In this document: positions 18,221 to 26,234 of the stretch, piece by piece
Layout of the letters: each line of letters begins with the position of its first letter
How positions within the stretch are numbered: position 1 is the stretch's first letter
DNA from: Anaerolineae bacterium
GTDB taxonomy: Bacteria; Chloroflexota; Anaerolineae; B4-G1; SLSP01
Assembly (NCBI GenBank): GCA_034433375.1
Contig: DAOUAQ010000116.1
Coordinates: 16,442-80,441, forward strand
Direction of reading: 5' to 3'
DNA length: 64,000 nucleotides
Notes under the pieces: generated by a model
What the model was told of the DNA's origin: nothing
The model's database searches: none
The model's input: the letters and a program-made list of their open reading frames with translations, nothing else
Made by a program: the position numbers and the translations under genes

Positions 18221-19939
18221 ATGTGGAATAACATCAAGCGATGGCTGTCCCCACCGGTCTTTGCCGGGGATGAAGAAAAAACGCGCGTAGCGGCTTTGCT
18301 CAATGCCATACTGTGGATTTTCGTTAGCATCTGCGTTGCTGCTGCGCTCTTCTTTCTCTTTCTACCCAATCCGGAACTGTCTTTGTCTCTCGTAGGTGGA
18401 TTCACTCTCGTCAACGCCGGCTTGCTGTGGCTGATGCGTCGAGGGCGCGTGTTTGCCGCCAGTTTGCTGTTTCTGGTCATATTTTGGCTTTTAATGACCA
18501 CCGTATGTCTCTTTTTAGGCGGCACATATTCGGCGACTTACTGGAGTTTCATTGTCATTGTTGTTGTCGCCGGCCAATTGCTGGGTGGACGCGGGGGAAT
18601 CATCTTTGCCGGGCTGAGTGTGCTGGCTACGCTAGGGATTACCCTGGCTCAGACTGCCGGCATATTGCCTGCTACACTCGGCGTCAGATCGCCTATGGAG
18701 CAATGGTGGCCACTGAGCCTGTTTGTGATGGTTACGGCGGGGCTGCTCAACCTGGCATCGCGTAGCTTGAGCGACGCTCTTCAGCGCGCGCGTCGCTACT
18801 CTGCTGAATTGGAGGAACAGCGCGCTGGATTGGAAGTGACTGTGCAAGAGCGCACCTACGATTTGGCGCGCCGCACCCGTTATCTGGAAGTCACGGCTGC
18901 CATCGCGCGTGAGGCCACTTCGGAACTGGAATTGAGTGCACTGATGACCAACGTTGTTAATTCGCTCAGCCAACAATTCGGTTTTTACCACACCGGTTTG
19001 TTCCTGATTGACAGCGCGGGTGAATGGGCCGAACTAAAAGCCGCATCCAGCGAGGGTGGGCAAAGGATGCTGGCGCATGCTCATCGGCTGCGTGTGGGCG
19101 AGCAGGGCATGGTCGGTTACGTGGCCCAACGCGGTGAGTCGCGTATCGCGCTGGACACGGGCAGCGATCGGGTCTTTTTCAATAACCCTGATTTGCCTGA
19201 GACGCGGTCAGAGGCGACGTTGCCATTGCGCGCGCGTGGACAGGTGATCGGTGTGCTGGACGTGCAGAGCACCGAGCCTGAAGCCTTTACACAGGAAGAC
19301 GTCACCGTATTACAGACGTTGGCGGACCAGGTCGCTACCGCCATCAACAACGCGCGCTTGTTCCAGAGGGTTGAGGAAAGCGTCGAGGCCGAACGGCGCG
19401 CTTTTGGTGAGTTGTCGGGACAGGCGTGGTCCACCATGCTCGGTGTACAGACCAATCTCGGTTTTGTAAGTAATCGTCAAACCGTCGCGCCGGTTGGCGG
19501 CACATGGACGCCACAAATGCAGACGGCGTTAGCGAAAGGTCAGGTTGCCGCCGACACCGATAGCGCAGCATTAGCCATTCCGATCAAAGTCCGTGATCGG
19601 GTTATTGGCGTGATTGACGGACACAAGCGAGCTGGCAGTGGCCGGTGGACGCCGGAAGAAGTCACATTGATGCAGACACTTGCCGAGCAGTCAGCGCTGG
19701 CGCTGGAAAGCGCGCGTCTGTACCAGGACACCCAACGCCGTGCGGCGCGTGAGCGCTTAGTGGGTGAAGTGACAGGGCATATTCGTGAGACATTGGACGT
19801 GGAGGCTGTGGTTAAAACGGCCGCCGACGAGATCCGTCGGGCACTGCAACTGGAACGTCTGGTCGTGCGCCTGGGCGCGCCGGATGAGGCTGCCGTTCAG
19901 CGTGGCGGGAAAGGACACAGCGATGTGGAAAAAGATTAA
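18221..19939 (+). CDS. Membrane-anchored GAF sensor (type A) with N-terminal 'MWNNIKRWLSPPVFAGDEEKTRVAALL' motif and the family tail
   Basis: 572 aa. It starts 2 nt after the previous stop. It is a close paralog of 16479..18218 and 19923..21626 ('FYHTGLFLIDSAGEWAELKAASSEGGQRMLAHAHRLRVGEQGMVGYVAQRG...NPDLPETRSEATLPLRARGQVIGVLDVQS'). Confidence 0.7.
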   Translation: MWNNIKRWLSPPVFAGDEEKTRVAALLNAILWIFVSICVAAALFFLFLPNPELSLSLVGGFTLVNAGLLWLMRRGRVFAASLLFLVIFWLLMTTVCLFLGGTYSATYWSFIVIVVVAGQLLGGRGGIIFAGLSVLATLGITLAQTAGILPATLGVRSPMEQWWPLSLFVMVTAGLLNLASRSLSDALQRARRYSAELEEQRAGLEVTVQERTYDLARRTRYLEVTAAIAREATSELELSALMTNVVNSLSQQFGFYHTGLFLIDSAGEWAELKAASSEGGQRMLAHAHRLRVGEQGMVGYVAQRGESRIALDTGSDRVFFNNPDLPETRSEATLPLRARGQVIGVLDVQSTEPEAFTQEDVTVLQTLADQVATAINNARLFQRVEESVEAERRAFGELSGQAWSTMLGVQTNLGFVSNRQTVAPVGGTWTPQMQTALAKGQVAADTDSAALAIPIKVRDRVIGVIDGHKRAGSGRWTPEEVTLMQTLAEQSALALESARLYQDTQRRAARERLVGEVTGHIRETLDVEAVVKTAADEIRRALQLERLVVRLGAPDEAAVQRGGKGHSDVEKD

Positions 19940-21626
19940 GCAGTTTCTCGCGGCGCCCGTCTTTGCCGCTGACGAAGAGAAGACGCGCGTTGCGTCACTG
20001 CTCACCCCCCTGATATGGAGCCTGTTCGTGGCGGATGCGCTTGGCGTGTTGGCGACCATCTTTGTCTTCGCCGAAAAATTAGGCAGTGGCGTTGCTGTCG
20101 CGCTCCTGTTCGTGATTGCGATTGCAGCTAAGCTACTAATGCAGCGTGGGTATGTGCGCGCAGCCGGTTTATTGCTCATTATCGGCACAGGGCTTCCCAT
20201 TATCGCTATCTTTTTACTTTCAGGTCAACGCAGTTTCGCCGGCATGACCTTGTTAAGTATTACCGTAATCGCCGGCCTGGTTTTGGGGCAGCGGGCTGCA
20301 CTCATTGTCGCTGCGCTCAGCAGTTTTGCGTCGTTGGCAGCACTCATCGCGGCCAACCTGGGGTACCCACTGCCGAACATTTTTCCTTCACCCCAGTCGG
20401 CCAACTGGGTCATGTTCACTATCGGTCTGGCGATGGCCGTTGCTCCGCTGAACCTGGCGCTGCGCAGTCTGCGCGATGCACTGGCGCGCGCGCGCGCGTA
20501 TGCGGCTGAGACGGAAGACCAACGCCGCCGGCTAGAGACACTGGCGCGTGAACGTACAACCGAACTGAACCGCCGCGCCGCCTATCTGGGGGCGACGACC
20601 GCTATCGCCAGTGAGTTGTCCTTTGTGCAGCACGACGTACAAGCGCTGTTCTCGCGGGTTGTGAACGTTGTTGCCGAGCAATTCGGTTTTTATCATGCCG
20701 CTCTCTTTTTGTTAGACGAACGTGAGGAATGGGCGGTGTTGCAAGCCGCTTCCAGCGCTGGCGGGCAGCGGATGTTGGAGCGAGGCCATCGCTTGCGGGT
20801 GGGCGCAGAAGGCATTGTGGGCAGCGTCGCGGGGCGGGGACTGTCTCGCGTGGCGCAGGATGTGGGCGCGGATGCGATCTTCTTCGGTAATCCTGACTTG
20901 CCTGAAACGCGCTCGGAAGCAGCGCTGCCCTTGCGCGTGCGTGGTGTGACCTTCGGGGTGCTCGACGTACAAAGCAATGCGGCAGATGCATTTAGCGCGG
21001 AAGATGTGACGGTGCTGCAAGCTCTGGCCGATCAAGTGGCGGTCGCCATTGATAGCGCGCGGCTTTTCCAACACGTGCAGGAACGCCTGACCGCTGAACG
21101 TCGCGCCTTTGGCGAATCAGCTCGCGCAGCGTGGCAGGAGTTGCTGCGTGCGCGCCCTGACCTGTCTTTTGCCAGCGATGCAGAAGGTATCGTCCCGTTT
21201 AAGGCTTGGGAGCCGCAAATGCAAGCCGCAGCGCAAACCGGCCAGGTCGTCGGCGGTACTGACGCGCCTAATGTGCTGGCAATCCCCCTCCGCGTGCGCG
21301 AACAAGTCATTGGCGTGATTGATGGACGCAAACCCGATGGTACAGCGTGGACGCAGGATGAGATTGATCTGTTGCAAACGTTGGCCGGACAATTGAGCGT
21401 GGCTCTGGAAGGCGCGCAACTTTACGCGGACACGCAACGCCGCGCCGCCCGCGAGCAATTGGCGCGCGAGATCACCGACAAGATGCGCGGCACGGTGAGC
21501 TGGGACGAATTGATGCGGACGGCCATCCAACAGATGGCAGACGCCGTGGGGGTCTCGCGTTCCTTCGTGCACTGGCTGCCGCCGGAGGTGCTGAAACCTG
21601 AAGAAGAAGGAGATCACCGTGCGTAA
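19923..21626 (+). CDS. Membrane-anchored GAF sensor (type A) with N-terminal 'MWKKIKQFLAAPVFAADEEKTRVASLL' motif and the family tail
   Basis: The ORF runs 19785..21626. The paralog-consistent start is ATG 19923, which overlaps the upstream stop by 17 nt. GAF motif 'FYHAALFLLDEREEWAVLQAASSAGGQRMLERGHRLRVGAEGIVGSVAGRG...NPDLPETRSEAALPLRVRGVTFGVLDVQS' is present. The tail is 'QRRAAREQLAREITDKMRGTVSWDELMRTAIQQMADAVGVSRSFVHW'. Confidence 0.7.
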   Translation: MWKKIKQFLAAPVFAADEEKTRVASLLTPLIWSLFVADALGVLATIFVFAEKLGSGVAVALLFVIAIAAKLLMQRGYVRAAGLLLIIGTGLPIIAIFLLSGQRSFAGMTLLSITVIAGLVLGQRAALIVAALSSFASLAALIAANLGYPLPNIFPSPQSANWVMFTIGLAMAVAPLNLALRSLRDALARARAYAAETEDQRRRLETLARERTTELNRRAAYLGATTAIASELSFVQHDVQALFSRVVNVVAEQFGFYHAALFLLDEREEWAVLQAASSAGGQRMLERGHRLRVGAEGIVGSVAGRGLSRVAQDVGADAIFFGNPDLPETRSEAALPLRVRGVTFGVLDVQSNAADAFSAEDVTVLQALADQVAVAIDSARLFQHVQERLTAERRAFGESARAAWQELLRARPDLSFASDAEGIVPFKAWEPQMQAAAQTGQVVGGTDAPNVLAIPLRVREQVIGVIDGRKPDGTAWTQDEIDLLQTLAGQLSVALEGAQLYADTQRRAAREQLAREITDKMRGTVSWDELMRTAIQQMADAVGVSRSFVHWLPPEVLKPEEEGDHRA

Positions 21627-21704
21627 CCAATACCACAGGCAGCTTCGCGCCGCATGTGAGCCGTCAGCGGGCGAGGTGGCTGTACTATGTAAGGTGGGGA
21701 AGGA

Positions 21705-24419
21705 ATGGCTGCGATGACGGAAAGCAAGAAAGAAAACTTGGCAATCCAGGGGGCTGGCAATCCTAAGCGCGACACGCGGGTAAAGTTTGAGCGCCGGATG
21801 TTATTGGCAGCTATTACAGCGGCAGTTGTGGGTATTGTCTATCTGGCTATGGCCTGGTACGAACGCAACTGGCAAATTTGGGCCATCACCATCGTGACGT
21901 GGCTCATTGCCGGAGCAAGCGGCGTCGCTTATCTTATCGCCCGGCGCGGCAAGACTGCGCTGGCTGCCAATGTCATGATTGTGGCGCTGATTATCCTGTT
22001 GCCGGCCTATGGTCTGTTTATGGAAGGCGCTTTCTGGCAACTCGCGCTGGCGGTCATCACCTTCCCTCTCTATATCGCCGATCTGCTATGGCCGGCAGTA
22101 TCTCGCGGCAGGATCTGGAGACTGAGCGCATTGGGACTCGCGCTCACACTGATTTTTGAACTGCTCAAACCTTTTCCCCGCTACAGCGAGATCCAGTCGT
22201 GGATCTTGCAGGTACTTTTGTTTGCTATGCTGGCGCTCGGCGTGTTCATGCTGGTTATGGCGCTCGTGCGTGCCTATCGTCGCGTCACCGCCATTCGTAC
22301 CCGCTTGACATTTATGGCCGTGATGATCGTGCTGGTGCTTGCCGGGGCCTTCAGCGTCAGTTCGCTGCTGATGAGCGTCTCGAATGCGCAAAGCCAGGTG
22401 TCCGACCAGTTGCGCTCAGTAGCGGCGTTGAAAAAGACCACTATCAGGATTTGGGTTAACAGTCTGCAATCCAGCCTGGATACGTTGCTTGCTGAAGGAT
22501 ACGAGTTGAATCACGCGCGTGTATTGATGATGCCTATGGCGGGCGAGACGCAGCTCGTCGAAGCGCGCAGTGCGCTGAACGCGCTCTTCCAAACGTTTAT
22601 TGCGGGAACGCCGCAATTTGTCGAGATATTCTTATTGAATCCAGAAGGACGGGTACTGCTTTCTTCGGATACTAACCAGACCGGTAAATGGTATCGAGCA
22701 GCAGATTTTTTGCAGTGTGGAGTGCAAGCGTTTTGCCTGAGCGCTCCGTATGTGTCTAGATTAGGTCACATATCCATTTTTGCCGCGCGTCCGGTGATTG
22801 GTCAATCCGACCAGGTTATCGGCGTGTTGGCAGGTCGCATCAACATAGGACAATTGAGCCTTATTGTATCGGAAACTCCGTTGGATGATACGAGCGAGAC
22901 TTACCTGGTCGCGGCGAACCATGCCACCATCGGCCGGCGGCAATTCAGTGACGGCAATTATGCCTACAGTGAAGGCGTTGACCTCGCTTTGGGCTTACAG
23001 CAAACCAGTCTGCGTACCGGAACATACAAAAACTATAGCGCGACTCCTGTTTTGGGGGTCTACACCTGGGTGCCGGAACTCCAGATGGCCCTGCTATCCG
23101 AGGTGGAACAATCCGAAGTCTTCCGCGGAGCGTGGAATACGGCCCTCATCAACGGTGGCGTTGCGCTTGTCGCGTTGATATTAGCTGCTGTGGTGGCCTA
23201 CTACTTTTCGCGCAATATCTCTGCGGACATCACCGAACTGGCCGATACTGCGACGCGGATTGCGGGCGGTGAGCGTGACCTGGTGGCGCGGGTGGCGCGT
23301 AACGATGAAATCGGCGTGCTGGCGCAAGCCTTCAACAGCATGACCGAGCAACTGCGCGTATTCATCGGCAGCCTGGAACGTCGCGTTGAAGAGCGCACTC
23401 GGGGGTTGGAGGCCGTCGCAGAAGTCTCGCGCGCCACGACCTCGGTGCTTGATCCAGACCGGTTGCTGCCGCGAGTTGTGAATTTGGTCCAGGAGCGCTT
23501 TAGCTTCTACTACGTCGGACTGTTTCTCGTTGATGAGGCGCGCCGCTATGCCGTGCTGCGCGCCGGTACGGGCGAGGCCGGTCGCGCCATGCTCGCGCAG
23601 GGCTGGCAACTGGCTGTGGGGATGGGCTCTATGATCGGTCAGTGTGTCGCCAGCGGCAAGCCCATGATCCGCCAGAGAACCGGCGATACCGTCGCGCGTT
23701 TCGAGAATCCCTTCTTGCCCGATACGCGCTCTGAGATGGCTTTACCTTTACGTTATGGCGGTCGCGTCATTGGCGCGATGACCGTGCAGAGTGTGGAAGA
23801 AGCCGCTTTTGACGAGGCATCCATTGCTATCTTGCAGAACATGGCCGATCAAGTGGCTGTTGCCGTAGAAAACGCCCGGCTCTTCACCGAAACGCACGTG
23901 GCGCTCGAACGCGCCCAAGAAGTGCAGCGCCGTTATCAAGGCCAGGCGTGGCGTGATTATCTGAAGTCTCGCCCGGCGCGTGGTTACGAATGGCGCGGCG
24001 GCGCCCTGCTGACGCTGGGCAACGAACTACCTCCCGGCGCGCAGCAAGTCCTCCAGCAACGCGCGGCAGCGATAGATGAGAAGACACTCCTGCTTCCAAT
24101 TGTCCAGGGTGATCAGGTGATTGGCCTCCTGGGATTTGAGAGTGAAGATGGACGGAAAACGTGGAGCGCCGATGAAGTCGCCTTGATCGAATCGCTCTCT
24201 GAACAACTGATGTTAGCGGCAGAGACCCAACGCCTCCTCGACGAAACGCAACGTCGCGCCGCGCGTGAGCAATTGAGCCGCGAAGTCACGGCAGAAATGC
24301 GCCGTTCGTTGGATGTCACCACCGTATTGCGGACGGCGATTCGCCAACTTCAAGAATCGCTGAATCTTACCGAAGCCGAGGTATGGATCGAGACCGCTAC
24401 CTCCGGCGGTGAAGGGTAG
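21705..24419 (+). CDS. Multi-TM membrane sensor: Cache-like periplasmic domain, HAMP, GAF x2 and the family tail
   Basis: 904 aa. ~6 N-terminal TM segments are present. A Cache-like segment follows ('FLLNPEGRVLLSSDTNQTGKWYRAADF...AARPVIGQSDQVIGVLAGRINIGQLS'). A second TM precedes HAMP ('RNISADITELADTATRIAGGERDLVARVARNDEIGVLAQAFNSMTEQLR'). GAF motif 'FSFYYVGLFLVDEARRYAVLRAGTGEAG...NPFLPDTRSEMALPLRYGGRVIGAMTVQS' is present. The tail is 'QRRAAREQLSREVTAEMRRSLDVTTVLRTAIRQLQESLNLTEAEVWI'. Confidence 0.7.
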   Translation: MAAMTESKKENLAIQGAGNPKRDTRVKFERRMLLAAITAAVVGIVYLAMAWYERNWQIWAITIVTWLIAGASGVAYLIARRGKTALAANVMIVALIILLPAYGLFMEGAFWQLALAVITFPLYIADLLWPAVSRGRIWRLSALGLALTLIFELLKPFPRYSEIQSWILQVLLFAMLALGVFMLVMALVRAYRRVTAIRTRLTFMAVMIVLVLAGAFSVSSLLMSVSNAQSQVSDQLRSVAALKKTTIRIWVNSLQSSLDTLLAEGYELNHARVLMMPMAGETQLVEARSALNALFQTFIAGTPQFVEIFLLNPEGRVLLSSDTNQTGKWYRAADFLQCGVQAFCLSAPYVSRLGHISIFAARPVIGQSDQVIGVLAGRINIGQLSLIVSETPLDDTSETYLVAANHATIGRRQFSDGNYAYSEGVDLALGLQQTSLRTGTYKNYSATPVLGVYTWVPELQMALLSEVEQSEVFRGAWNTALINGGVALVALILAAVVAYYFSRNISADITELADTATRIAGGERDLVARVARNDEIGVLAQAFNSMTEQLRVFIGSLERRVEERTRGLEAVAEVSRATTSVLDPDRLLPRVVNLVQERFSFYYVGLFLVDEARRYAVLRAGTGEAGRAMLAQGWQLAVGMGSMIGQCVASGKPMIRQRTGDTVARFENPFLPDTRSEMALPLRYGGRVIGAMTVQSVEEAAFDEASIAILQNMADQVAVAVENARLFTETHVALERAQEVQRRYQGQAWRDYLKSRPARGYEWRGGALLTLGNELPPGAQQVLQQRAAAIDEKTLLLPIVQGDQVIGLLGFESEDGRKTWSADEVALIESLSEQLMLAAETQRLLDETQRRAAREQLSREVTAEMRRSLDVTTVLRTAIRQLQESLNLTEAEVWIETATSGGEG

Positions 24420-24428
24420 AGGGCCAAT

Positions 24429-26234
24429 ATGTGGACGCGGATTAAACGCTACTTTACATTGCCGGTTTTTGAGGATGAAGAGAAGTCCCGGGTTGCGCGC
24501 CTGCTTATCACGATCCTCATCACGTTATCCATCATAGTCGTGGTCGTGGATGTGCTTATGATCGCGCTTTATGGTCTCCCAAAGCGCTTGGCAGATACCA
24601 GTCCGTTTATCGGTCTTATCGTGATCGTCGGTTCGACGATAGGGGCTTTTGCGCTCATCCGCAGAGGGCGCACCAGCGGATTGGCGATCATGATCGTGTC
24701 GCTCATGTGGTTGCTGATTACTTATTGGATCTGGACTGTGGAGGGCTTAGGCGGCGGACACACCAGTTATGTCTACGCCCTCATTATTGTCCTTGCCGGT
24801 CTGCTGTTAGGCGCGCGCAGCGCCATCGTATTTACCGGCTTGGGGTTTCTGGCGGTGGTTGTCGCGTACTTTATCGAGCACGGAGGAGGGCTTCCAGTAG
24901 GCGTGCCGGTCTCATTTTTGGATTTGATCATCATCCTCGTTGTTTTTGCATTGATCGGCGTCTTCTTAAGATATGCGATAAAAAGTATGCAAGGTGCTAT
25001 TGATCGCGCCCGACATTTTGCCCAGGCGCAGGCTGCGGCGAACCGCGAATTGGATGCGATCCGCGTCTCGTTGGAGCAGCGGGTGGCGGAGCGCACTGAA
25101 GATTTGGAGCGTCGCTCGATCCAACTACAGGCTGCGGCTGAAGTGGGCCGCGCCGCGGCGGCGCTGCGCGACCTCGAGGTGTTGTTGGTCGAGGTTGCCA
25201 AAATGATCGGAGAAAGCCTGAATTTCTATCACGTGGGCATTTTTCTGCTGGAAGAGAATAGCCGCTACGCCGTTTTGCGCGCCGCGAGTAGCCCGGAAGG
25301 GAGGCAAATGCTGGCGCATGGCTATTCTGTGGCCGTTGGGACGCCCGACATCATCGGCGTGGCGACGGCGAATCGTGAACTACGCATCGCTTCAGACACC
25401 GGCGAGAACGCCGTTTCCTTCGCCGGTTCCTTGCTCTCGCGTACACGCGCGGAATTGGCATTGCCGTTGGCTGCTGGCGACCGTTTGATCGGCGTATTGG
25501 ACTTGCACAGCCTGGATCCCGCGGCTTTCACCGAGCAAACCATCTCCGTGATGCAGTTGCTGGCCGATCAAGTTGCCATCGCCATTGAGAACGCGCAGTT
25601 GTTTGCGCAACGTGAAGAATCGCTGGAAGCCGAACGCCGGGCCTATGGTCAGATCAGCCGCGCAGCCTGGCAGCAAATCTCACGTGTGGAAGGCGCGCTG
25701 CGTTTCGTCGTGGATACGCCGGGGTCAGTGCGTCCCGCTGCCGGCGAAACGCCGCCGGCCATGCTCCAGGCGCGACAGACTGGCCAGTTGATCACCGAAG
25801 AAGCGTCCACATTGGCCGTGCCGATTCAACTGCGCGAGGGAGTGAGTATCGGCGCGCTGCGCCTGCGTAAACCGGAGTGGGCGGCAGACGAGGTTACGTT
25901 GGTAGAAACGCTGACCGAACAGCTCGGCGCGGCTCTGGAAAGCGCGCGGCTCTATCAGGAAACCCAACGCCGCGAGGCGCGCGAGCGTATCACCCGTGAG
26001 ATCACCGAAGACATACGCCGTTCCGTGGATATCGAAATGATTCTGCAATCCGCCGTAACCAGCCTGGGGGAAGCCCTGGGTGTGCCGCGCACCTATGTAC
26101 GCTTGATGTTGGAAGAAGCGGATTTACCATCCGCCGAACGCGCCGCCCTGGAATCAACTCCGGCGCTGGATCTCGCCGCGGATGTCAACGGCGCCGCCAG
26201 TGTGGGGCAAGGAGAAGAACACCATGAGTCGTGA
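24429..26234 (+). CDS. Membrane-anchored GAF sensor (type A) with N-terminal 'MWTRIKRYFTLPVFEDEEKSRVARLL' motif and the family tail
   Basis: 601 aa. ~6 TM segments are present. GAF motif 'LNFYHVGIFLLEENSRYAVLRAASSPEGRQMLAHGYSVAVGTPDIIGVATAN...LSRTRAELALPLAAGDRLIGVLDLHS' is present. The tail is 'QRREARERITREITEDIRRSVDIEMILQSAVTSLGEALGVPRTYVRL'. Confidence 0.7.
   Translation: MWTRIKRYFTLPVFEDEEKSRVARLLITILITLSIIVVVVDVLMIALYGLPKRLADTSPFIGLIVIVGSTIGAFALIRRGRTSGLAIMIVSLMWLLITYWIWTVEGLGGGHTSYVYALIIVLAGLLLGARSAIVFTGLGFLAVVVAYFIEHGGGLPVGVPVSFLDLIIILVVFALIGVFLRYAIKSMQGAIDRARHFAQAQAAANRELDAIRVSLEQRVAERTEDLERRSIQLQAAAEVGRAAAALRDLEVLLVEVAKMIGESLNFYHVGIFLLEENSRYAVLRAASSPEGRQMLAHGYSVAVGTPDIIGVATANRELRIASDTGENAVSFAGSLLSRTRAELALPLAAGDRLIGVLDLHSLDPAAFTEQTISVMQLLADQVAIAIENAQLFAQREESLEAERRAYGQISRAAWQQISRVEGALRFVVDTPGSVRPAAGETPPAMLQARQTGQLITEEASTLAVPIQLREGVSIGALRLRKPEWAADEVTLVETLTEQLGAALESARLYQETQRREARERITREITEDIRRSVDIEMILQSAVTSLGEALGVPRTYVRLMLEEADLPSAERAALESTPALDLAADVNGAASVGQGEEHHES

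Noticed and set aside
19785-19922. Longest-ORF N-terminal extensions of array genes (19785, 12244, 14150, 16308, 10810, 31862, 26182, 40758)
   Set aside because: The paralog-conserved N-termini ('MWxxIKxx...' and others) plus RBS-like G-rich stretches support internal starts at 19923, 12262, 14204, 16479, 10858, 31880, 26224 and 40797. The extensions overlap upstream genes and lack conservation. The exact starts remain uncertain by a few codons.
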